Notes under the pieces: generated by a model
What the model saw: only the letters and a program-made list of their open reading frames with translations
Database searches by the model: none
What the model was told of the DNA's origin: nothing
Made by a program: the position numbers and the translations under genes
In this document: positions 1-9,586 of the stretch, in pieces
Layout: every line of letters starts with the position of its first letter
How positions within the stretch are numbered: the first letter of the stretch is position 1
NCBI GenBank assembly: GCA_002104905.1
Contig: MCFE01000646.1
Coordinates: forward strand, 1-50,075
Length of the DNA: 50,075 bases
Source: Basidiobolus meristosporus CBS 931.73
Taxonomy: Eukaryota > Fungi > Basidiobolomycota
Direction of reading: 5' to 3'

Positions 1-130
1 TGATTCAGCTGATAGAAATCTGCCTTGGCCCAAGTTGCAATGCTTTTCCTGTGCATCTCTTGCTCTCCTTGTCAGGTCTCTGTTTCTGGATCCATAAGCA
101 AGAATCCTGCACCCTGGTGAGCAATCAGCA

Positions 131-310
131 GTGTTTTCAGTTCCTAATGGTGAAGCTCAAGGCTCTGTGCTTGGTCCTTTTCTGTTTGCCATATACCTGA
201 ATGACTTAACAAGACTATCAGCTGACTGCCTAGTTACCCTGTTTGCCAATGACATCAGTGTTGTAATTATCAAGTTGCCACCTAAATATTCATGCTTACT
301 TTGTCATATA
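131..310 (+). mobile_element. Non-LTR retrotransposon (LINE) reverse transcriptase fragment, decayed
   Basis: Translation PNGEAQGSVLGPFLFAIYLNDL...LFANDI matches the LINE RT motifs GVPQGSVLGPxLFxxYxND and FADD (here FAND). No flanking ORF continuity. Confidence 0.6.
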
Positions 311-667
311 GATCTTATTCTTTAATTAGCATTCTGCCCTGACTGCTATATCCAAGAGAAAAGTCTAATAAAGCTCTTGAATGAGTTAACTGAACCTAAG
401 TGATAACTAAGCACAGAATCTTAGAATTGTCAAGGGTGACAGAAATATTAGCAGAGAAGTTCTGGTCTAATATTGGTTTTGTATATATTTGAGTTGGGCT
501 ATAAAGGCAACAGAGTTGGTTAGCTATACAGGCAAGGCTTGGTGTTCTTGGGAATGCTAGATATGCTAGGCTTGGGTGGAAACTAGAAAGGAATTGTTGA
601 ATTCTTAATTTTGCTGAGGCACAATCTTAATTTCATTGAGACACACACTAAACCAAAAGGTTCAGTA

Positions 668-1017
668 TGTTGTAAAGATTTGTATTTCCACATAAATATT
701 CACCTAACTTAGTCACTTAGATCATTACCCTTCAATTCCTAGAGAATACTGACCAAATTTCTTGTTGGGATTTACTTGGAATATTTTCACCAAAATACCA
801 GGTACCCAGAACATGAAAATTCTCAAAGTTGTCCAAACAGCCCCAAACTTTGCACACATATTCTTGAGACCTTCCTTAGCCTATTCTACGTGCTTATAAT
901 GCCAAGATAAGGTAAAAGTATAAATACTACTTTTACATTCAATAAATCACTAAGTGAAAACTACATAATCCATTTGTTCTCCAAATCACTTCCAATATCT
1001 CCAAGACTCTTACAACA
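668..1017 (+). repeat. Copia LTR (5' side of copy 1)
   Basis: Starts TGTTGTA and ends TACAACA (7-bp terminal inverted repeat). Contains TATAAATA and AATAAA. Homologous to five other LTR copies in the window. Confidence 0.95.
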
Positions 1018-4000
1018 AAGATGAAGATGCTGCTACAAGAAAGAGGCCTTTGGGATATTGTCATGGGAGAAGAATGCCCTCCTAAAAACGTGGGAGAGGA
1101 AGCCCTAAAGTACCAGAAGAAAGAACAAAATGCCTTTAACTGCATTTGCCTTAATGTCAAGGACAAATTGCTAATTCAATGCTCAAGAGCAAAAACAGCA
1201 AAGAATGCCTGGAAAGCATTGGAAGACACCTACTAGTCATGTTCAGCTGCCAACAAAATGTATCTGAGACAAAAATTCTTTACTACTAAAATGCTGCCAG
1301 GAGAAGAAATGAAAAATCAAATTTACAGAATTACCCTGGTGGTAGATGAGATGGAATCTGTGGGCATACCAACTACTAATGAGGATGTGCTATTTACCAT
1401 CCTGAATAGCCTGACAGACAAGTTTCATGGCCTTGCATGAGCCCTAGAGTCCAAACTGAAGACTTGACCTTAAATTACATCTATGGAAGGCTCCTGGATG
1501 AAGAATAAAGAAAATCAAGTGCCAATAAGAAGGAAGAAGAAAATGCTTTAATAAGCAATGATAACCAACAAAGGAGGTACCCAAAACCCTACAAAGGCAA
1601 CAGCAACCTATTTTGTAACTACTGCAAAAGGAAAGGACACACATCAGACCGGTGTCTCAAAAAGGGAGATTATCAGCAAAAGAAACCTGAATATGGAAAT
1701 GCTGCAACAACTGAAGATAGACTATTCATATCTGCTCTAAATATGACCACAAACAAGGATTCTCAGACATGGTATATTGACTCTGGAGCTTCTCAACACT
1801 TTACACACCAAAAAGAACTTTTACCCAATATCAAGAAATTCCAATTAAGAAGGTTTTCATGGGTGACAATAGAACACTTGATGCAGTGGGAGAAGGAACT
1901 ATCCAAGTAAACCTAAGAAGCAGTGAAGGAAGCCATATGCTGACCTTTAAAGAAGTACTCTATGTACCAGAAATAGCCACAAACCTACTATCTGTAAGCA
2001 AGGCCACAGCAGAAGGACTCAGTTTCAGCTTTGACATTTCAGGATACAAGATCACTGATCAGAATGGTGCCCATATTGCTTCTGGCATCAGAGATCCAAG
2101 CCTATACAAGTTGACTTATATTCCATCATATATGGAAGCCAATATAAGTAACTTAAATGAAGAAACACCAATGCTTTGGCACAGGAGATTTGAGCACATC
2201 AATTTTGATTAATTGCACAAAATGATCAAAGATCAGCTAATTTCTGGAGTGAAAATTGATCCCCCAGCTGATTTGGAGCACTGTGAAGCCTGCATTTATG
2301 GGAAACAAGCCAGACAACCGTTCAAGAGCTCTGGGTTAATCAAAACTAAGAAAAAATTTGATCTAATTCAATCAGATCTGTGTGGACCTATGCAAAATTT
2401 ATCCTTAGGCGGGATGAAGTATTTAATCACTTTTATTGATGATTATACACAATACACATGGGTCTACTTCATGGAGAGAAAGGAAGAAGCTCTATCTAAG
2501 TTCAGGGAGTTTAAAGCCATGGTGGAGAGAGAAACTGGTGAAAAAATCAAGAAAATACGCTCTGACAATGGTGGAGAATATACCTCAAAACTATTCATCC
2601 ACTTTGGCAAAATTCATGGGATAAAGGAAGAGACTACTGTACCATACTCCCCACAGCAAAATGGAGTAGCAGAACAAGCTAACAGTTCAATAATTGATGT
2701 GGCAAGATCTATGATCCATGATCAAAAATTATCCTATGATTTTGGGTGGTATCAGTTGCCACTGCTATATATCTTAAAAATAGGAGTTATAACAGAATAC
2801 TTTGTGATTCTACTCCACTTGAAGCATGGTATGGATACAGACCAAGTGCAGAAAATCCAAGAATATTTGGGTGTACAGCATATGCCAAAAAACTGGCCGG
2901 AAATCAGTCAAAATTTGAGCCAAAAAGTGTAAAATGCATATTTTTGGGCTACTGCAATGAGAGTAAGGCATACAGACTCTACAATACCAAAGCAAAGAAG
3001 CTGACCAAGTCCAGGGATGTGTTGTTTGATAAAAATTCAAAACTTTCACAAAAAATGACATCAGATGATGTTAAAAATTTGATCTCAAGTCCACCAATTG
3101 TCAGGATTGAATCAGAGCAAAACAATGAAGATTTTTTCACTCCAGAGGACTCTACAACCATGGTTCAGCCAGAATTGGTGCCCAGGAATATCCCAGAAGT
3201 GATCATTCCAGTATCAAATGCCCAGAGATCCAATCAGACAAGAAATAGCCCAAATTACTATATCAGTGAGGGTACAAATTAAGCCTATGCCTATTCAGTC
3301 CATGTTGATGAGCCCCAGACTGTAAAAGAGGCCCTAAATAGCCCTCAGACAAAGTTTTGGAGATCTGCAATGACTGAGGAATATCAGGCCCTGATGGAAA
3401 ATCAAACTTGGGACTTAGTCAAATTACCAGTCAACCAAAAATCAATTGGATGCAGATGGGACTTCAAGACAAAATACAAGGCTGATGGTACAATTGAAAG
3501 ATACAAAGCAAGACTTGTAGCCAAAGGATACACTCAAACAAAAGGACTTGACTATACTGGGACCTTTGCGCCAGTAGGCAAGTTAAATTCCATCAGATTA
3601 ATATTGGCTATTGCAGCCAAATATAAGTTTTTTATTCATCAAATGGATGTAAAAACTGCATTTTTGAATGGAGAACTTGATGAGGACATGTATATGGACC
3701 AGCCTGATGGGTTTGTTGACCAAGATAACCCCCATTTGGTCTGCAAGCTTAAAAAGTCACTATATGGTCTCAAACAATCACCAAGAGCCTGGAATTGCAA
3801 GATAGATTCTTATTTGGAATCTTTGAGTTTCAAAAGGAGTAATACTGACTATTGTATATACTATAAGCCAGATAGAGCAAATCCAGTTCTATTAGCTCTA
3901 TATGTGGATGATCTTATTATAGCTGCCAATAACCCAGAAACATTGGAAGAGACTAAATCCACCCTATCTAAGGAGTTCAAGATGTCCAATCTAGGAGAAC

Positions 4001-4880
4001 TTAGTTACTACTTAGGGATTAAGTTCTCCATAGACACAAGTACCCAGACTATAACCCTAAGCCAATCCAAGTATATTCAAGATATACTAAAGAAGTACCA
4101 AATGGAAGACTGTAAACTGGCAGCTACCCCAATGGAGACAAACCTTAACTTGGTCAAAACTCAACCAAATCAAGAGGGCTTGATGCCATCTGAAAGCCTT
4201 GACTTTCCTTATCAATCCATGGCTGGCAGTCAGATGTATAACATGCTTGGAACATGTCCAGACATCTCATACTCAGTGGGAGTTGTCAGCCAACATAATC
4301 AGAACTATGGATCTGATTATATTGCAGCAGTTAAGCGGATTTTTAGATACCTAAAAGGAACTGCGGATATCTGCTTAAGATACACTTATAAAGATTCAGA
4401 ACAGGATCTTGTGGGATACACTGATGCTGATTGGGGACAAGATTTAGAAGACAGAAGATCCACCACAGGATACACCTTTCTTTACTGTAAAGGAGCCATT
4501 TCATGGAATTCAAGAAAGCAACCAACCGTAGCACTTTCTACCACAGAGGCAGAGTACATGGCAGCCTGTGAAGCTACAAAAGAAGCAATGTGGCTAAGAA
4601 AGCTTTTTACAGATTTAGGCCTATGTCAAAAATGCCTATTACTTTATTTCAAGATGATCAAGGATGTATACATTTAGGTAGAAATCCAACTTTTCATGCA
4701 AGAACCAGGCACATAGATATTAGACATCATTTCATACATGAAGCTATAGAGAATAACTTAGTTAGCTTAGCTTACTGTCCTACAGATGAAATGATTGCAG
4801 ACATATTTACCAAATTATTAGCTAGAGACAAGTTTGAATATCTTTGGTCAAAATTAGGACTAGTAAGTATGAGCATTTAG
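1018..4880 (+). pseudogene. Copia gag-pol polyprotein, fragmented
   Basis: ORF pieces 1021-1236, 1258-1440, 1859-2212, 2213-2932, 2746-3282, 3370-4677 and 4590-4880 tile one copia polyprotein, broken by in-frame stops and frameshifts. Confidence 0.95.
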
Positions 4881-4891
4881 CTGAGTGGGAG
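4881..4891 (+). other. Polypurine tract of copy 1
   Basis: CTGAGTGGGAG lies between the pol stop and the 3' LTR; the same motif (TTGAGTGGGAG) is at 6952-6962. Confidence 0.8.
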
Positions 4892-5241
4892 TGTAGTAAA
4901 AGTTTGTATTTCCACCTAGATATTCACCTAACTTAGTCACTTAGATCATTACCTTCAAATCCTAGAGATTACAGACCAAAATTCCTTGTTGGGATTTACT
5001 TAGAATATTTTCACCACAATACCAGGTACCCAGAACATGAAAATTCTCAAAGTTGTCCAAACAGCCCCAAACTTTGCACACATGTGCTTGGGACCTTCCT
5101 TAACCTATTCCATGTGTTTGTTATGCCAAGACTAGGTAAAAGTAAAAATACTACTTTTACATTCAATAAATCATTAAGTGAAGACCACATTATCTACTTC
5201 TTCTCCAAATGACTTGCAATATCTCCAAGACTCTTACAGCA
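4892..5241 (+). repeat. Copia 3' LTR of copy 1
   Basis: TGTAGTA...TACAGCA, 350 bp, colinear with 668-1017. Confidence 0.95.
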
Positions 5242-5450
5242 TATTTGAGTTTGCTTTAAATCCCCACCACTACTTCCACCTCCATCACCTGATTCCTTGG
5301 TGCACTCCTTGCTGGACCCATGTTCCTTGAAACATTTCTTCCACTTCTCCTTGGTAAACTTGGCAACCAATCCACCAACTGAGGTGCCAGAGTGTTGTTT
5401 TCTGTATCACCATCAGCAGGGCTTAATGTTTGCTTAGAACCACTCCCCAA
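5242..5450 (-). mobile_element. Possible remnant of another retroelement (linker-type region)
   Basis: Minus-strand ORF contains LPRRSGRNVSR, resembling the PRRSxR linker motif common in LTR-retrotransposon pol. The region is CpG-free. Weak support. Confidence 0.25.
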
Positions 5451-5458
5451 AGTAGCCT

Positions 5459-5948
5459 AAGCATTTTATTACTGCGTAGCTGATGATTGATGACTCCTGC
5501 TAGACACAAGTAACCGTAGGAAGTGCGTATCCTTAAAACCTGTTGGGGAATGGTTACCACACACTATAAAAGTGTGTTAGAGACTCATGTAAAACTAGCA
5601 TGATGAAAAATAAAAGCACTTTATTACCACACAGCTAATGATTGATGACTCCTGCTAGACACAAGTAAACTTAGCAAATGGTTTTCATTAAAACCTGTTG
5701 GGGTATGGTTGCCGCACACTATATAAGTGCGTTATGTATTCATGCAAAACTAGCATGATGAAGAATAAAAGCATTTCAGTACCACGTGGCTGATGATTGA
5801 TGGCTCCCGCTAGACACAAGTAAGCATAGCAAGTGGGCATCCTTAAAATCTGTTGGGGTATAGTTACTGCATACTTTGGAAGTGTGCTAGGAACTCATTA
5901 AAACTAGCAGGATGAAAAATAATTGCACTTTTGTACTGCACGGCTAAG
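5459..5948. repeat. Tandem repeat, 155-bp unit, about 3.2 copies
   Basis: The anchor TAGACACAAG recurs at 5501, 5656 and 5811 (155-bp period). Units start near 5459, 5614, 5769 and 5923 (last one partial). Confidence 0.92.
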
Positions 5949-6533
5949 TTTTTACAATTCCTGCAGGATACATGTGCACATGGAACACATGTAGTAGTTG
6001 CAATGGCATCAAATGAAGTTTCTATTATAGCTATAAAATGTATTGAACTTGGGATACACTTTAAATTTGGTAAAAGCAATTGGGTTACAGAAAATTTGCA
6101 TTGGCCATAAGTTTTTTTATCATATTAGGGCCATGCAATTTATGGTGCCCAAAGCTTATTAAAATATGGGATTCTGGCCAGATTGGGATGATTCCCATAA
6201 ATTATTATTTATAGCATTAAAAGTAACATTTTATTAAATCAATAATCATCAAGACCTATAGAGAGCATAGAGAATGTGTAGGGAGACAACTATTAGCCCA
6301 GACATGCCCACTATATGACCAGACAATGTGCCAAATGTAGGGTAAAAATATTTATGGTTAGGGTAAAAAGGGTTAAGAGGAGGAATTGTAACCCTAAGGG
6401 ACCAGAACCAAGAATGAGAGAATAGTAATCCAAAGGGAATTTAAAGGGCATGGGAGCAGTATGGGGGATTGCAACCCCCAGACCCCCTGCTCTTCTAACC
6501 TTTTCCTAGCCCTTACTATAACACCTACACCCT

Positions 6534-6669
6534 AAGAACATGTGTGCAAAGTTTGGGGCTGTTTGGATAATTTTGGGAATTTTCATGTTCTGGGTACCTA
6601 ATATTTTGGTGAAAATTTCATAGGTAAATCCAGACAAGGAGTTTGGTCAGTACTCTCTAGGGTTTAAGG
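6534..6669 (-). repeat. Inverted internal fragment of the copia LTR
   Basis: Reverse complement of the LTR core (ccttcaaatcctagag...ggtacccagaacatgaaaatt...aaactttgcacacatgttctt). Confidence 0.85.
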
Positions 6670-7311
6670 AAGTTTTTTAAAGATTTAGGCTTATGTCAAA
6701 AAATGCCTATTGCTTTATTTTATGATAAACAAGGATGTATGCATTTAGGTAGAAATCCAACTTTTCATACTAGAACTAAGCACATAGATACTAGACATCA
6801 TTTCATACATGAAGCTACAGACAATAACTTAGTTAGCTTAGTTTACTGTCCTACAGATGAAATGATTGCAGACATATTTATCAAACCATTAGCTAGAGAC
6901 AAGTTTGAATATATTGGGTCAAAATTAGGACTAGTCAGTATGAGCATTTAGTTGAGTGGGAGTATTATAAGAGTTTGTAGTTCCACCTAAATGCTCACCT
7001 AGCTTAGTCACTTAGATCATTACTTTCAGATCCTAGAGTATACTGACCAAATTCCTTGTTGGGATTTACTTTGAATATTTTCACCAAAATTTCAGGTACC
7101 CAGAGCATGAATATTGGATAAGTTGTCCAAACAGCCTCAGACTTTGCACACATGCTCTTGGGACCTTGCTTAACCTACTCTACATGTTTGTAACTCAAAG
7201 ACCAGGTAAAAGTATAAATACTACTTTTACATTGAATAAATCATTAAGTGAAAACCAAATAATGTACTTGTTCTCCCAATCACTTCCAATATCTCCAAGA
7301 CTCTTACAACA
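6670..7311 (+). mobile_element. 5'-truncated copia remnant: RNase H end, PPT and 3' LTR
   Basis: ORF 6703-6951 (GRNPTFHTRTKHIDTRHHF...VSMSI) is near-identical to 4590-4880, followed by the PPT and an LTR. Confidence 0.93.
6963..7311 (+). repeat. Copia LTR (degenerate 5' end TATTATA, 3' end TACAACA)
   Basis: Colinear with the other LTR copies and directly follows the PPT. Confidence 0.92.
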
Positions 7312-7930
7312 CTGTTTGCAACCTGTTTTACTTTTGTCCAACATCATCATAACATATGAGCAGGTGCAGATGTATCTGCCAGTAAACAGCTTGAAATCTA
7401 TATCTCAACATTGCTGAAACTGAGTACAACAGGTGATGAGTTGTAGGGAGCAGATGCCTTGGCATTCTCTTAACAGGATCCTGACTGTATGGTCCTGCCC
7501 CTTTTCACTCTTGAAATTAAGTAGATCTTCATTGGATAGTTGTTGTGGTTCTATTTCTTGGGACTCAACCCTGCTAGCTATAGTTACAACAACCAGATTT
7601 TTAATTCTTGATATTTGTAATAAAACACCAATCATTTGAATTCAACAATGCTATGAAGATTTGAGAGTATGGAGTAATACGATAACAAACAAACATACAT
7701 ACATGGTATGTCTGAATATGAATCAACCAATGGTATGGATGGAACACTGGAATAATGAATTCGAACAATACTGTACCTTCTGATACTAGCGATCCACATG
7801 GATGACTGCGCCTCAAAACAAATGCCTATATATAATGGCAGCAATTTGGCTTCGACTTTCGCCCGGCTACGTTCATAAAGTGCATTAAGCCTACCGCCAT
7901 CATTCACTTTGTATCTCGCCTTGCATTCTG

Positions 7931-9586
7931 ATGAAGAACTCTTTTCAAAGGCTGGTTTACTTATTTAAAACCTCTCTTTCGCAAGAAATTCAAGAAATGG
8001 TATTTTTCTATGTGAACGACGTGTTTTTATACTTCGACATTATCAATCGAACCCGCTCCTGTCTAAGAGCGTTAATAGTTCACAACGGCGGACCTGGGTA
8101 TATACTAGAAGAAGCTATCAAGCTGAAGCACAGACTGTTTATCAAGTGGCTTCTGCTAACGGTATATCTTCCAAAGGATTATGTGCTTGCTAGTGCAGCC
8201 TGCTTTGGTGATCTGTTTACTTTACAGTATATCGTCTCACTGCTTGGCCCGAAATACAAGGCATATGACACTCCAGCGAAACTTATTTGTATCCTGAAGG
8301 CCAAGCTGCCCTTATTGGAGTATCTGTATCAACGAAATCCAAGTTTCAGAGATGCCCCCATCAATGTAGGCAACTGCGTTATTGCTGGGATCCGTAATTC
8401 AAGCAAGATGTGTTCATGGTATCTACATAACACGCACATTTGCCCTAAAATTAACAGGGCCATCCTTGTCCAAGGATTCCTTGCAGACGATGACCTTAGT
8501 GGAGCCATTGGATTTATCAACGACTGTCATGTTGGTGTCTTATCGAAAGCCCTTGCAGATATCCCCTCCGTAAAGGAAGAAACGCTTCGGTGGCTAATCT
8601 TTACATATTCTGAGGAAACACGCCTCCTGGGCTACATAGCCAAAGCTTGTTCAAGGCTGGGTTATGTGGATACATTGGAGATACTCTTCAATGAACCGTA
8701 CAATGTGCATGTTGTGTTGGACTACTTTGGACAACCTTACAACCTGGCTGTAACTCAAGTTTTACACAAATATGGATGCGTGCGCAACCGTATCTACAAT
8801 ACACTGAACTTCTCTGGGTTTGGGGCATACAGGAGCCTATGCAGCCATAGGACAGTATTTCTTCATTATTTATGCCGGATGACTAGGCGGGCCTATATGC
8901 ACTCTAGATTCTTGAGAGAGGAGGCAGAGAATTCTTTCTTGTTCTTGGCCGAATTGGCAGAAGTAGCTTCTGCCAACTGGTTACTAGAGAAGTGCATCAT
9001 AGCCGCGATTGAATGTGGATTCTTGAGGTCTCTGAAAATGCTGTTACCTTGTGTACGCGGGAGCAACATGCAACGTTTGACTCAGCGAATTGCGCATAGT
9101 AGGGCGCTTCGCTGCAGTACTTTAGAAATCGTTGAATATCTGGGGGAGTTCGGAATTGTCCAATCAATATCCAAGTATCCGCTGTTGGCGTGGTGTGATC
9201 TTAGGCAAATCCGAGATCTAACTGGAAAAGGGCTTCTCAGCATGCGTCGTGGGTGGGACCCTGAGCTTGAAGATGTCATTCGTAAGAGTATGATTAAATT
9301 GGCCCTTAGGTCATCTAAATTTTTCTATACAAGAACGAGAGAGTCTCTGCTAGAAATGATCCACCCAGCGTATGGCGAGCGGTGTACCTTTGAAGGATTC
9401 GACGACGTTGTGAGCAGCACAAAACTGGTTACATTCTCAACTAAATATCCATTGTTGCGGCGCACCTCCGTTATCCTGAAGGATGCCCATGATTGTTTAA
9501 AAGAATTCAACTTCGAGTTGGAAAGGATGGGAACACTGTTACTCCTAATGGAATGCAGCAACAGACTGCGCGTGCCACGCACTTAG
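7931..9586 (+). CDS. Intronless 551-aa protein with degenerate ankyrin-like repeats
   Basis: Long ATG-started ORF. Repeated helix-turn-helix-type motifs: ASAACFGDLFTLQYIV, AKLPLLEYLYQR, ACSRLGYVDTLEILF, LAVTQVLHKYG, AAIECGFLRSLKML, STLEIVEYLGEFG. Confidence 0.7.
   Translation: MKNSFQRLVYLFKTSLSQEIQEMVFFYVNDVFLYFDIINRTRSCLRALIVHNGGPGYILEEAIKLKHRLFIKWLLLTVYLPKDYVLASAACFGDLFTLQYIVSLLGPKYKAYDTPAKLICILKAKLPLLEYLYQRNPSFRDAPINVGNCVIAGIRNSSKMCSWYLHNTHICPKINRAILVQGFLADDDLSGAIGFINDCHVGVLSKALADIPSVKEETLRWLIFTYSEETRLLGYIAKACSRLGYVDTLEILFNEPYNVHVVLDYFGQPYNLAVTQVLHKYGCVRNRIYNTLNFSGFGAYRSLCSHRTVFLHYLCRMTRRAYMHSRFLREEAENSFLFLAELAEVASANWLLEKCIIAAIECGFLRSLKMLLPCVRGSNMQRLTQRIAHSRALRCSTLEIVEYLGEFGIVQSISKYPLLAWCDLRQIRDLTGKGLLSMRRGWDPELEDVIRKSMIKLALRSSKFFYTRTRESLLEMIHPAYGERCTFEGFDDVVSSTKLVTFSTKYPLLRRTSVILKDAHDCLKEFNFELERMGTLLLLMECSNRLRVPRT

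Larger units (their letters stand above)
668..5241 (+). mobile_element. Ty1/copia LTR retrotransposon copy 1, defective (PBS and gag N-terminus missing, multiple stops/frameshifts)
   Basis: 350-bp LTRs at 668-1017 and 4892-5241. Domain order is gag, PR (WYIDSGASQH), gag-pre-integrase (LWHRRFEHINF), IN (CEAC, SDLCGPM, RSDNGGEY, PQQNGVAE), RT (YKARLVAKGY, HQMDVKTAFLNG, LYGLKQSPRAW, YVDDL), RNase H (YTDADW, STTEAEY, HIDIRHHF). IN before RT defines the copia superfamily. Confidence 0.97.

Noticed and set aside
401-667. Possible LTR of another element (TGATAAC end, TATA-like motif on the minus strand)
   Set aside because: No second copy, PBS, PPT or TSD in the window to support it.
5459-5948. Tandem repeat read as a CRISPR array or C/D snoRNA cluster (TGATGA words)
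   Set aside because: Whole units repeat with no unique spacers, the context is eukaryotic, and there is no consistent C-box/D-box pairing with terminal stems.
6338-6369. Telomere-like TAGGGTAAAAA doublet
   Set aside because: Only two spaced units containing a single TTAGGG; not an array.
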